DNA of 64,000 nucleotides from a virus (Duplodnaviria > Caudoviricetes). A program made the position numbers and the translations under genes. The stretch covers positions 24,721 through 88,720 of IMG/VR virus record IMGVR_UViG_3300030372_003714. The stretch is one strand, 5' to 3'. This document shows positions 28,684-35,849 of the stretch, one piece after another (position 1 is the first letter of the stretch; every line of letters starts with the position of its first letter). Under the pieces are notes generated by a model, which searched no databases, had not been told where the DNA came from, and was given only the letters and a program-made list of their open reading frames with translations.

Positions 28684-29016
28684 TTATTTACACCTTTTGT
28701 AAAAAACTGCATCTGCACCTGCCACATCACATGATTCAATATTCATTTCCCAACTCATAGAATATCTTAAATCGAGATTTAGTGTTGTTACAGGAGCATT
28801 ATTAGCTAGAGCTGAATCATTCCATGGCTCTCCTTTCCAAACGATATTACTTAAAATGAGAGGGGCTGCCGCAAGGCCTTTCATCATGACATAGTCACCA
28901 GCTGGTAAAGCTTGTCCCTTACGTACTAACTGTGCACCACAACCACAACCTGGATCGGTTGAGTTGCTTTGCTTGTTTATTGCACTTACTAATCTGCTAT
29001 TATCTGTTATTGCCAT
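28684..29016 (-). CDS. Hypothetical protein
   Basis: 110-aa ORF with CGCG motif. Confidence 0.55.
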   Translation of the reverse strand: MAITDNSRLVSAINKQSNSTDPGCGCGAQLVRKGQALPAGDYVMMKGLAAAPLILSNIVWKGEPWNDSALANNAPVTTLNLDLRYSMSWEMNIESCDVAGADAVFYKRCK

Positions 29017-29038
29017 TATTCTTCGTTTTTAAATTTAG

Positions 29039-29110
29039 TAGCGGGTGAAGGAATCGAACCTCCGGCTCTGGCTAATGAAACCAGCGAGTTCACCATTACT
29101 CTAACCCGCG
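29039..29110 (-). tRNA. tRNA-Met(CAT), initiator-like, CCA not encoded
   Basis: Cloverleaf: CGCGGGT/ACCCGCT, D stem GAGT/ACTC, anticodon stem CTGGT/GCCAG with loop TT-CAT-TA, T arm GGAGG-TTCGATT-CCTTC. Confidence 0.85.
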
Positions 29111-29469
29111 ATATTATTTTTTTCTAAAAAGTAATTGGTTCTAGGATAGTTCTTCGCATCATCTTTTACATATGCATCACGATCTACTCGTACTTCTAAG
29201 AAATCAAATGCATCTTTCTTAAAGCTATCTTTATTCTTTTTTCCTAAATCCGCTATTGCTGTATACATATATCCACACGGAGCCCCTGAAGGATCTAATA
29301 CGCTCCATATTCTCCTCGGAGTACCATCATTAGCTTCTGCTTTAAACATAACCTTGAGTTTGTGGTTATCGATATAAGTAAAAGCTTCCTCTTTATTCAC
29401 GATACATGCATTAGCTTGTTTATGCGTACAGTAGAATAGTTCTTTCCAGTCTTTTTCCTTTTTTGCCAT
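29101..29469 (-). CDS. Hypothetical protein, first gene of the leftward operon
   Basis: 122 aa; its last codons overlap the tRNA 5' end. Confidence 0.6.
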   Translation of the reverse strand: MAKKEKDWKELFYCTHKQANACIVNKEEAFTYIDNHKLKVMFKAEANDGTPRRIWSVLDPSGAPCGYMYTAIADLGKKNKDSFKKDAFDFLEVRVDRDAYVKDDAKNYPRTNYFLEKNNIAG

Positions 29470-29517
29470 TAACTTTCATTTTAGCTATAGTTTTATACTT
29501 AACTATAATTATGGTGA

Positions 29518-29525
29518 CAAAGATA
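29518..29525 (-). promoter_or_regulatory. Bacteroidota -7 promoter (TATCTTTG) heading the leftward late operon
   Basis: TAnnTTTG about 50 nt upstream of the 29469 ATG, at the strand switch. Confidence 0.6.
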
Positions 29526-29680
29526 TATAAAAAAATCCTATAAAAAATAATTTTTTCTATAAAATTTTTTATGGTATATATTCTAAGATGCAGACCATTA
29601 TTGAAAAGTCCCCCCGGTCTGAAAGAGAAATCAAATCCCCCCACGTCGAAATTAGATCATAACCATTACAGAATATTGGT

Positions 29681-29923
29681 ATGGATAATACATCTACTAC
29701 TACTACAGTTAAGTCTCCTAAGAGATATGGTCGTTATGACATTGTTACTCTTAAGTCTGACGGTTCTAGGAAGATAGTTCTTCGTAGAGACGGACAACTT
29801 AAGTACGACACTGTTACTGACAAGTTCGTATCAACTAAGGGAGATGAGTGGTTTGAGTATACTGAAGAGGTAATTCAGTATCTTGACAAATCCCTTCAAG
29901 AGAAAGGATACATTGAACTGTAG
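29681..29923 (+). CDS. First rightward (early) small protein
   Basis: 80 aa; distinctive codon choice (cgt, tct, ctt, aag, gac). Confidence 0.75.
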   Translation: MDNTSTTTTVKSPKRYGRYDIVTLKSDGSRKIVLRRDGQLKYDTVTDKFVSTKGDEWFEYTEEVIQYLDKSLQEKGYIEL

Positions 29924-29992
29924 TAGATACTAATCATCACACCAGATGAACAGTATTGGAGTCGTTATACACTCTATCAATCAGTATAACAC

Positions 29993-30062
29993 ACAACACT
30001 CGGGTCGTTCCCTAACTCACTGACTAAGGTTTATCCTAAAGGTGAGAGTGTTGTTCTTTTTT
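29993..30062 (+). terminator. Branched hairpin plus U-tract
   Basis: acaacactc/gagtgttgt 9-bp stem enclosing GGG/CCC and AGG/CCT hairpins, followed by TCTTTTTT. Confidence 0.55.
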
Positions 30063-30224
30063 AGATCTATGACCATTACTAAGTTTTGGTAGGTTAAGTG
30101 TTGTTCACTTATAATTGACGACTTAAGAAAGTTATTGTAATACAATAGAAGTTCGACAGATGATCTAATTCAGAAAAGATGTCTTCCTACCTTTATTAGG
30201 AACTAGTGTTGAGTGTGTGTGTGT

Positions 30225-30295
30225 GAGACACAAGGAGAACAAGTGTTATGACCCCTTGAGTAAAATCAAGAACTACTTGTCTCTTCTTTTTTTTT
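30225..30295 (+). terminator. Branched hairpin plus U-tract
   Basis: gagac(ac)aag/cttgtctc stem, inner cttga/tcaag hairpin, then TTC and T9. Confidence 0.55.
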
Positions 30296-30526
30296 AGATC
30301 AACGACCTTTACTAAAATTTGGATACGATTAACCACAATCTGTGTGTGTGTGATACGAATTATATTCCTCATTCCCTTATAAAACAACTCAACACTTAAT
30401 GATATTGATAAGAATGATGAAAATAAGTATACATAGACACTTATGTGTGTTAAGACTACCATTTAACTAACATTTTAACTAATTGTTATTATAGTATATT
30501 AATATATATATAGCTAAAGTGCTACT

Positions 30527-31270
30527 ATGATAACTACAAACCGAAGAGAACAATGTGATAACCGTTCAACTAAACAAATGGCGAAAATACAATATACGCA
30601 ACAAGAGCAAGATGCTATCAAATCATTACAAACTGGTCAAGCACTTGCATTAAACATCAAGAGAATTAACTCTAAGACTGATGTAAAGAACTACAGCATT
30701 GAAGTAAGACAAAGACTGTCTGAAAGTGCATCATTTAATCTATTAGGTTTTATGAATCCAAATAATCCATCATTCTCATCATCTAGTGGTGTAAGAGTTG
30801 GTTGGATGACTGTTAGTGCTGAACAAGCTACAAGTTTGTTTGGTGTTGATAGCAATGCTTTAGACAATTTACCTATTGATAGTGGTTTCACTAGAATATT
30901 TATAGGTAAACTTAATCCATCATTCGCAATGCCTGATGGAAGCGAGAAATACTTGCAATTACAAATCAATGCTAAATTCTTGAGTGAGTTTGACCCAACT
31001 ACAGAAAATGGGAAATACAAGCACAATAATGTTGATAGAGTTGCAAAGAAAAATCCTGGTACAAACAAGTTTATAATGGGCTTGAATAAAAATACAGGTG
31101 AGATTGAACATATCATTGAAGAAACAGTGGTTAAATCATCTACAATGCGCGATGGAGTGCTTGTTAAAGATGGTTGGGACCACGTTATCATTGAAGAATA
31201 TGTTGGTGAAGCAGAAACTAAAACAGTTCAACAAGCTGTTGAGCAAATGTCTGAATTACCAACATTATAG
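30527..31270 (+). CDS. Early hypothetical protein (start may be the ATG at about 30578)
   Basis: 247-aa ORF with genuine coding composition; no family recognised. Confidence 0.75.
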   Translation: MITTNRREQCDNRSTKQMAKIQYTQQEQDAIKSLQTGQALALNIKRINSKTDVKNYSIEVRQRLSESASFNLLGFMNPNNPSFSSSSGVRVGWMTVSAEQATSLFGVDSNALDNLPIDSGFTRIFIGKLNPSFAMPDGSEKYLQLQINAKFLSEFDPTTENGKYKHNNVDRVAKKNPGTNKFIMGLNKNTGEIEHIIEETVVKSSTMRDGVLVKDGWDHVIIEEYVGEAETKTVQQAVEQMSELPTL

Positions 31271-31360
31271 TATTAATCTGGTGTGAATAGTTGTGTGTGA
31301 GTGTGTGGCTTCGTGTCACCACTCTACATACATCTAGAATTACCATAAAAACAGTTTGTT

Positions 31361-31594
31361 ATGAGAAATCAATTTAAACATCTATTAGATACATTATTTG
31401 TATCACTATTATACATTGGTATGATAGTATTTCCACTATTCATTGTATTAAACATATTAAATGTATGGGATCTAGGTAGTGGATTGTTAAATTTAATTGC
31501 CATCATATTTGCAGTAATATTTACTATTGCGTGTAAGTATGGTACAAGAGAAGCAAGAATTAGTCATAATCGTGGCGATAGATTCTTGTTTTAA
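31361..31594 (+). CDS. Small 2-TM membrane protein
   Basis: Two long hydrophobic segments. Confidence 0.65.
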   Translation: MRNQFKHLLDTLFVSLLYIGMIVFPLFIVLNILNVWDLGSGLLNLIAIIFAVIFTIACKYGTREARISHNRGDRFLF

Positions 31595-31599
31595 TTAAT

Positions 31600-31648
31600 A
31601 ATAAGGTACAGGGAGTTCCTGCTAAGTTAGTTACCGCTCAGCCTTATT
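31600..31648 (+). ncRNA. Structured RNA motif, copy 1
   Basis: AATAAGG-TA-CAGG..GTTCCTG-CTAAGTT..CAG-CCTTATT; second copy at 31990-32057. Confidence 0.55.
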
Positions 31649-31674
31649 TATCTTTTAATTTAAACTATATTGTT

Positions 31675-31884
31675 ATGATAGTATTAAGATCAGAATCACA
31701 GGTTAAATCATTTATGAAAAGAATGAATAAAGAACATAGTCGTTGTTATTATGATTATGATGAATCGTATGACCAATGGGTATTTAAAGATGGTAATAAA
31801 ATAGTTCTTCGTTATCATAGACAATTTGGAAATTATGAAGAACATAATGATCAGCTTTTAGCTGTGATAAAGAATAAAGCTTAG
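31675..31884 (+). CDS. Small early hypothetical protein
   Basis: 69-aa ORF with AT-rich leader. Confidence 0.6.
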   Translation: MIVLRSESQVKSFMKRMNKEHSRCYYDYDESYDQWVFKDGNKIVLRYHRQFGNYEEHNDQLLAVIKNKA

Positions 31885-32690
31885 CGGCTTTATATTGTGA
31901 CATTAGTCAGTCACTCTTAAATAGCATAGGGTGACTCCTATTCAGGGTTAGCAACCCTTATTCCTAGAAGACTAGAATTAAATAAAGCTAATAAGGTACA
32001 GGTATTTGCTTGATGATGTAAATAGTTCCTGCTAAGTTGATGTTATCCAGCCTTATTTATGATAAACTAAAGACTACGTCAATTAGGCGAGCCTTAAGGG
32101 TAACGAAAGTAGAGCGAAAGCTTGTCGTCACACTGCTCTGGTCTTTAGATACAAAGTGGATAAATGTTTAAAAGCCAGGCACCACACTCGGTAACAGAGA
32201 CTGGTTAAGAAATAATACTTCATGGAGTTAATGCAAAAAGCTTCAGTCATTCTAGATGGGCAAGGTATGTTTTGATAGCAAACACAGAGTAATTTATAGC
32301 TGAAGGAAAGTTCCTTTATAAAAAAGACTTAGTTTTATAGCTGAGATTTCAGAATGAACTGTGGGCATATGATAGAAGTATAATAATATTTTCAACCACT
32401 TATAGTAGAGCCTGAGTCTACACTTAATTAGATAGGAACATCTAACCTCTGGTGTGTAAAGTAGGTCTCCATTGTGATGCATATAGTTTTCTATTTGTCG
32501 TAAATAAGAGTATGCATTTTCTTTTGGATCGAAAGAGTATAAAGAAGATGCTATGTAATGTATTACACATGATGGACTCTCTGCATACTATAATCTGGTT
32601 GAATCTCTATGAGTGAGTGACAGTATTGCTTGATGTGCCTTAGATGTGGACGATAGTTGACGCTGTTACTACACTCATATTTAATTAAAT
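31885..32690 (+). ncRNA. About 800-nt ORF-free, hairpin-rich region (candidate large ncRNA or ncRNA cluster); includes motif copy 2 at 31990-32057
   Basis: No sense ORF of 60 aa or more; many stems, including 32067-32074/32141-32148 and 32608-32624/32662-32679; GNRA loops. Confidence 0.5.
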
Positions 32691-32711
32691 GTATAACTTA
32701 AATTATTAATT

Positions 32712-32909
32712 ATGGAAAATATTGCTATATTTGCGCTCATTTTTGTTAGTGGAGTTGTATTAGGAGTTTATATTATGGTTCAAATAAATAATAAATATGA
32801 TCGTAAAACTATGGATCAGTTATTAGAATTAGAAGATCATGTAGCATCTTTAAAAAAGTATAATCGTGCTTTATTAGATAAATTAAAGCCTAAAACACTC
32901 GAAGACTGA
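32712..32909 (+). CDS. Small protein with N-terminal TM and coiled coil
   Basis: IAIFALIFVSGVVLGVYIMV TM segment. Confidence 0.65.
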   Translation: MENIAIFALIFVSGVVLGVYIMVQINNKYDRKTMDQLLELEDHVASLKKYNRALLDKLKPKTLED

Positions 32910-33157
32910 TGAAATTAGAGATAAATAAAGAAAAAAATCCTGTTCAGTGGGCTCTAGATATGGCAGGTAAAGTAGAATGTCCTTATGCAGCTATGGTATT
33001 GTACAATAAACGTGATCAAATTATAAAACAAATTACGGTTATGGAACAAGATCATAAAGGTTATCAAAGTAAAGACATTAAACTTCAATTAACTACGTTT
33101 CGTTCAATGGCTAGAGAATTAGAACGAGCTGCAGAAATAATAATTATTGGTATATGA
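32909..33157 (+). CDS. Hypothetical protein
   Basis: Stop/start overlap with both neighbours. Confidence 0.65.
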   Translation: MKLEINKEKNPVQWALDMAGKVECPYAAMVLYNKRDQIIKQITVMEQDHKGYQSKDIKLQLTTFRSMARELERAAEIIIIGI

Positions 33158-33315
33158 AAAAGATTATAGTCATTTGGCCTAGACTTAAAAAGGCTATGAA
33201 AGAGGTACATCCAGCTGAATTAGGTGTATTTCTTGGATTTACAGGTATTATATTTACAGGATTAGCTGTAGTAGCTTATTCATTAGTTATAAATCTTATA
33301 AATCTACTCTCATGA
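33154..33315 (+). CDS. 53-aa single-TM protein (not in ORF track)
   Basis: MKKIIVIWPRLKKAMKEVHPAELGVFLGFTGIIFTGLAVVAYSLVINLINLLS; ATGA overlaps at both ends. Confidence 0.65.
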   Translation: MKKIIVIWPRLKKAMKEVHPAELGVFLGFTGIIFTGLAVVAYSLVINLINLLS

Positions 33316-33455
33316 CCAAAAATAACTCAGCATTCTTTGATATTAACCTCAATCCTTCTCGTGAAAAAGACGAGTCTTATGAAGATTATAAGAAAAGACA
33401 AAAAGAGGTAAAAAAAAGAATAAAACTACATTTGAAAGGGAGACGTATAAGATAA
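33312..33455 (+). CDS. 47-aa basic protein (not in ORF track)
   Basis: MTKNNSAFFDINLNPSREKDESYEDYKKRQKEVKKRIKLHLKGRRIR; ATGA-coupled to the previous gene. Confidence 0.65.
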   Translation: MTKNNSAFFDINLNPSREKDESYEDYKKRQKEVKKRIKLHLKGRRIR

Positions 33456-33461
33456 TTTTAT

Positions 33462-33469
33462 TATCTTTG
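33462..33469 (+). promoter_or_regulatory. Bacteroidota -7 promoter (TATCTTTG) upstream of the tRNA-like element and RNR
   Basis: Exact TAnnTTTG in an intergenic gap. Confidence 0.55.
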
Positions 33470-33519
33470 TTTCCCTTTTCGAATTACTCAACGCTATTCA
33501 CAATACAATCTTTGTATTT

Positions 33520-33615
33520 GTAGAGTAGGCAATGTTGGAATGTGCTTCAAAAGAGAGAGTATCCGGGTGCTCGAAACTGAACTCAGTTATAGGTTCGAAT
33601 CCTTACTACTCTATA
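33520..33615 (+). pseudogene. tRNA-like element with aberrant anticodon arm
   Basis: GTAGAGTAG/CTACTCTAT closing stem, D-like loop with TGG, long variable arm ACTGA/TCAGT, AGG-TTCGAAT-CCT T arm. Confidence 0.6.
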
Positions 33616-33643
33616 AATACATTATAATAACATTTAAAATTAA

Positions 33644-35503
33644 TTGCAAATGGATATATCTAATCAGATATTGAGCGACATCGTCGTCTTTAATAAATAC
33701 GCCAAGTTTATACCTGAAAAAGGTAGAAGGGAAACCTTCAATGAAATATGTGATCGTTATCAAACTATGATGATTACTAAACATCCTCATGTAGCCAAGG
33801 ATATAAAAAAGGCTATCAGCTATGTAAAAGAAAGAAAAATATTACCTTCGATGAGGGCTATGCAGTTCGCAGGAGCTGCCATAACTAAGTCAGAATCAAG
33901 GATTTATAACTGTGCGTATTTACCAATAGATGATTATAGAGCTTTCTCTGAAATCATGTTTCTACTGTTAGGTGGAACAGGTGTTGGTTATTCAGTGCAA
34001 TTTAAACACGTAAGAAATTTACCAGAAATAGTTAAACCACAAAAGACTCAAAAATATGTAATTGGAGATTCTATTGAAGGTTGGGCTGATTCTGTAAGAC
34101 ATCTCATTGGATCATATATGGGTGTAAGAAAGACAAAACCTGTCTTTGACTTCACAGATATAAGACCAAAGGGATCTAGGCTGGTAACGGCTGGGGGTAA
34201 AGCTCCTGGACCTGAACCGCTTAAAACATGTTTATATCATTTAGAAACATTACTAAACAGAAAACAAACAGGAGACTCTCTGACGCCTCTGGAGGTGCAC
34301 GATATGGTGTGTTTTATCGCTGACGCTGTGCTTGCAGGTGGGATAAGGAGAGCAGCATTGATTTCATTATTCTCAATGGATGATGAAGAGATGCTAACAA
34401 GTAAATATGGAAACTGGTGGGAGCTGAATCCTCAACGAGGAAGGGCTAACAACAGTGCAGTCATTCGTAGACACCGAATCACTCACTCTGAATTTAAGAA
34501 GTTCTGGAAGAAAATCCAAGAGTCTAATTCAGGTGAGCCGGGTATGTATTTCACTAATAATAGTGATTATGGTACAAACCCTTGTTGCGAGATTGCCTTA
34601 AAACCATTTCAATTTTGTAATCTAACCGAGGTTAACGTTTCAAATATTGAGTCACAAGAAGATCTTGAGAAGAGGTGTGAGTACGCATCATTACTGGGAA
34701 CTCTACAGGCGTCCTTCACGGACTTCCACTATCTTCGACCAATATGGAAACAAACAACTGAGAAAGACGCTTTAATAGGCGTTGGGATGACAGGTATAGG
34801 AAGTGGACAAATACTCAAGTATGATTTAAAGGGTGCGGCGCTTGCGTCTAACCGATCTAATGAATACTATTCTGAGTTATTAGGCATCAATAAAGCAGCG
34901 AGGGTAACTACTATTAAACCTTCCGGAACTACGAGCTGTGTATTAGGAACATCATCAGGAATACACGCATGGCATAACGACTATTATATTAGACGTATGC
35001 AATGCACTAAGGACGAGACTTTATATAAGTATTTGGCCAAAACTCATCCTGAACTAGTTGCTGATATGGAGTTAATACCAAACTCTGCAGTGATTGAGAT
35101 CCCTCAAAAAGCACCCGCTGGTTCCATTTTACGACATGAAGAAAGTGCACTTGACATGCTAGACCGAGTTAAAACATTTAACTTAGACTATGTGCGTGTA
35201 GGGCACAGATCAGGTGATAACACTAACAATGTATCTGCTACAGTCTCTATTAAAGAGGATGAGTGGAAACAAGTTGGTGAATGGATGTGGCTCAACAGAG
35301 ATACATTCAATGGGTTAAGTATATTACCATATGATGGTGGTACATACACTCAAGCACCATTTGAAAACATTTCAAAGACTAAATATTATAATATGATTAA
35401 CTCACTGACTGCTATTGATTTACGTAAAGTCAAAGAAACTGATGACAATACTACTCGAAGTCAAGAAGTAGCATGTGCTGGTGGATCATGTGAAATAGTA
35501 TAA
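33644..35503 (+). CDS. nrdJ: Class II (adenosylcobalamin-dependent) ribonucleotide reductase, monomeric RTPR type; probable ATG at 33650
   Basis: ILPSMRAMQFAG, YNCAY, TNPCCEI, TTIKPSGT; C-terminal CAGGSCEIV; no small-subunit gene nearby. Confidence 0.93.
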   Translation: MQMDISNQILSDIVVFNKYAKFIPEKGRRETFNEICDRYQTMMITKHPHVAKDIKKAISYVKERKILPSMRAMQFAGAAITKSESRIYNCAYLPIDDYRAFSEIMFLLLGGTGVGYSVQFKHVRNLPEIVKPQKTQKYVIGDSIEGWADSVRHLIGSYMGVRKTKPVFDFTDIRPKGSRLVTAGGKAPGPEPLKTCLYHLETLLNRKQTGDSLTPLEVHDMVCFIADAVLAGGIRRAALISLFSMDDEEMLTSKYGNWWELNPQRGRANNSAVIRRHRITHSEFKKFWKKIQESNSGEPGMYFTNNSDYGTNPCCEIALKPFQFCNLTEVNVSNIESQEDLEKRCEYASLLGTLQASFTDFHYLRPIWKQTTEKDALIGVGMTGIGSGQILKYDLKGAALASNRSNEYYSELLGINKAARVTTIKPSGTTSCVLGTSSGIHAWHNDYYIRRMQCTKDETLYKYLAKTHPELVADMELIPNSAVIEIPQKAPAGSILRHEESALDMLDRVKTFNLDYVRVGHRSGDNTNNVSATVSIKEDEWKQVGEWMWLNRDTFNGLSILPYDGGTYTQAPFENISKTKYYNMINSLTAIDLRKVKETDDNTTRSQEVACAGGSCEIV

Positions 35504-35541
35504 CATAAAAGATTTTGCAGGCATAATTGTTTAATTTTAAA

Positions 35542-35640
35542 ATGTATGTTATGGAAAAAATAGTATTGATATTAATAATGGCAGCAGCAATGATTGGTAT
35601 CATCGGTCTTTTAACGTCTAATGAAAAATACAAGGACTAA
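35542..35640 (+). CDS. About 30-aa single-TM peptide (not in ORF track)
   Basis: (MYV)MEKIVLILIMAAAMIGIIGLLTSNEKYKD; TAATG overlap with the next gene. Confidence 0.55.
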   Translation: MYVMEKIVLILIMAAAMIGIIGLLTSNEKYKD

Positions 35641-35846
35641 TGGGACATATGAAATGGATCTCTACTCTTAATAACAGTGACCTCGTGAGTATGAGACAAA
35701 TAGTAAAACTAGCAGAACAAGAAGATGAGCAGCGGGCTCAGTTTCAAGGTTCTAGCTATGAGGTTACATATTTAAAAAATGTAATAAACTATCTAGAGAC
35801 GCGAATAGTCAATGGCTATCTTGCTGATCTAGAAGAAAATGAATAA
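35640..35846 (+). CDS. Hypothetical protein
   Basis: Operonic 68-aa ORF. Confidence 0.6.
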   Translation: MGHMKWISTLNNSDLVSMRQIVKLAEQEDEQRAQFQGSSYEVTYLKNVINYLETRIVNGYLADLEENE

Positions 35847-35849
35847 GAT

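Larger units (their letters stand above)
29652..30323 (+). repeat. Three degenerate 29-30-nt direct repeats (29652-29680, 30061-30090, 30294-30323)
   Basis: ttagatc-ataacc-attac-agaata-ttggt / ttagatc-tatgacc-attac-taagtt-ttggt / ttagatc-aacgacc-tttac-taaaat-ttgga. Confidence 0.75.

Noticed and set aside
29039-29110. tRNA as an integration (attP) site
   Set aside because: No integrase or duplicated tRNA 3' fragment in the window; gene content is lytic.
29652-30323. The 30-nt repeats as a CRISPR mini-array
   Set aside because: Gaps are 380 and 203 nt, one contains a gene, the repeats are degenerate, and no cas genes are present.
29420-30462. Track ORFs 29420-29644 (-), 29571-29777 (+) and 30196-30462 (-)
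   Set aside because: They run over promoter, repeat and low-complexity tracts or overlap the better 29681 ORF; no protein-like features.
32302-32314. GAAGGAAAGTTCC resembles the RNase P RNA GAGGAAAGUCC signature
   Set aside because: It folds as a local hairpin, and no complementary P4 3' strand (..ACCCGGCTTA-like) was found downstream.
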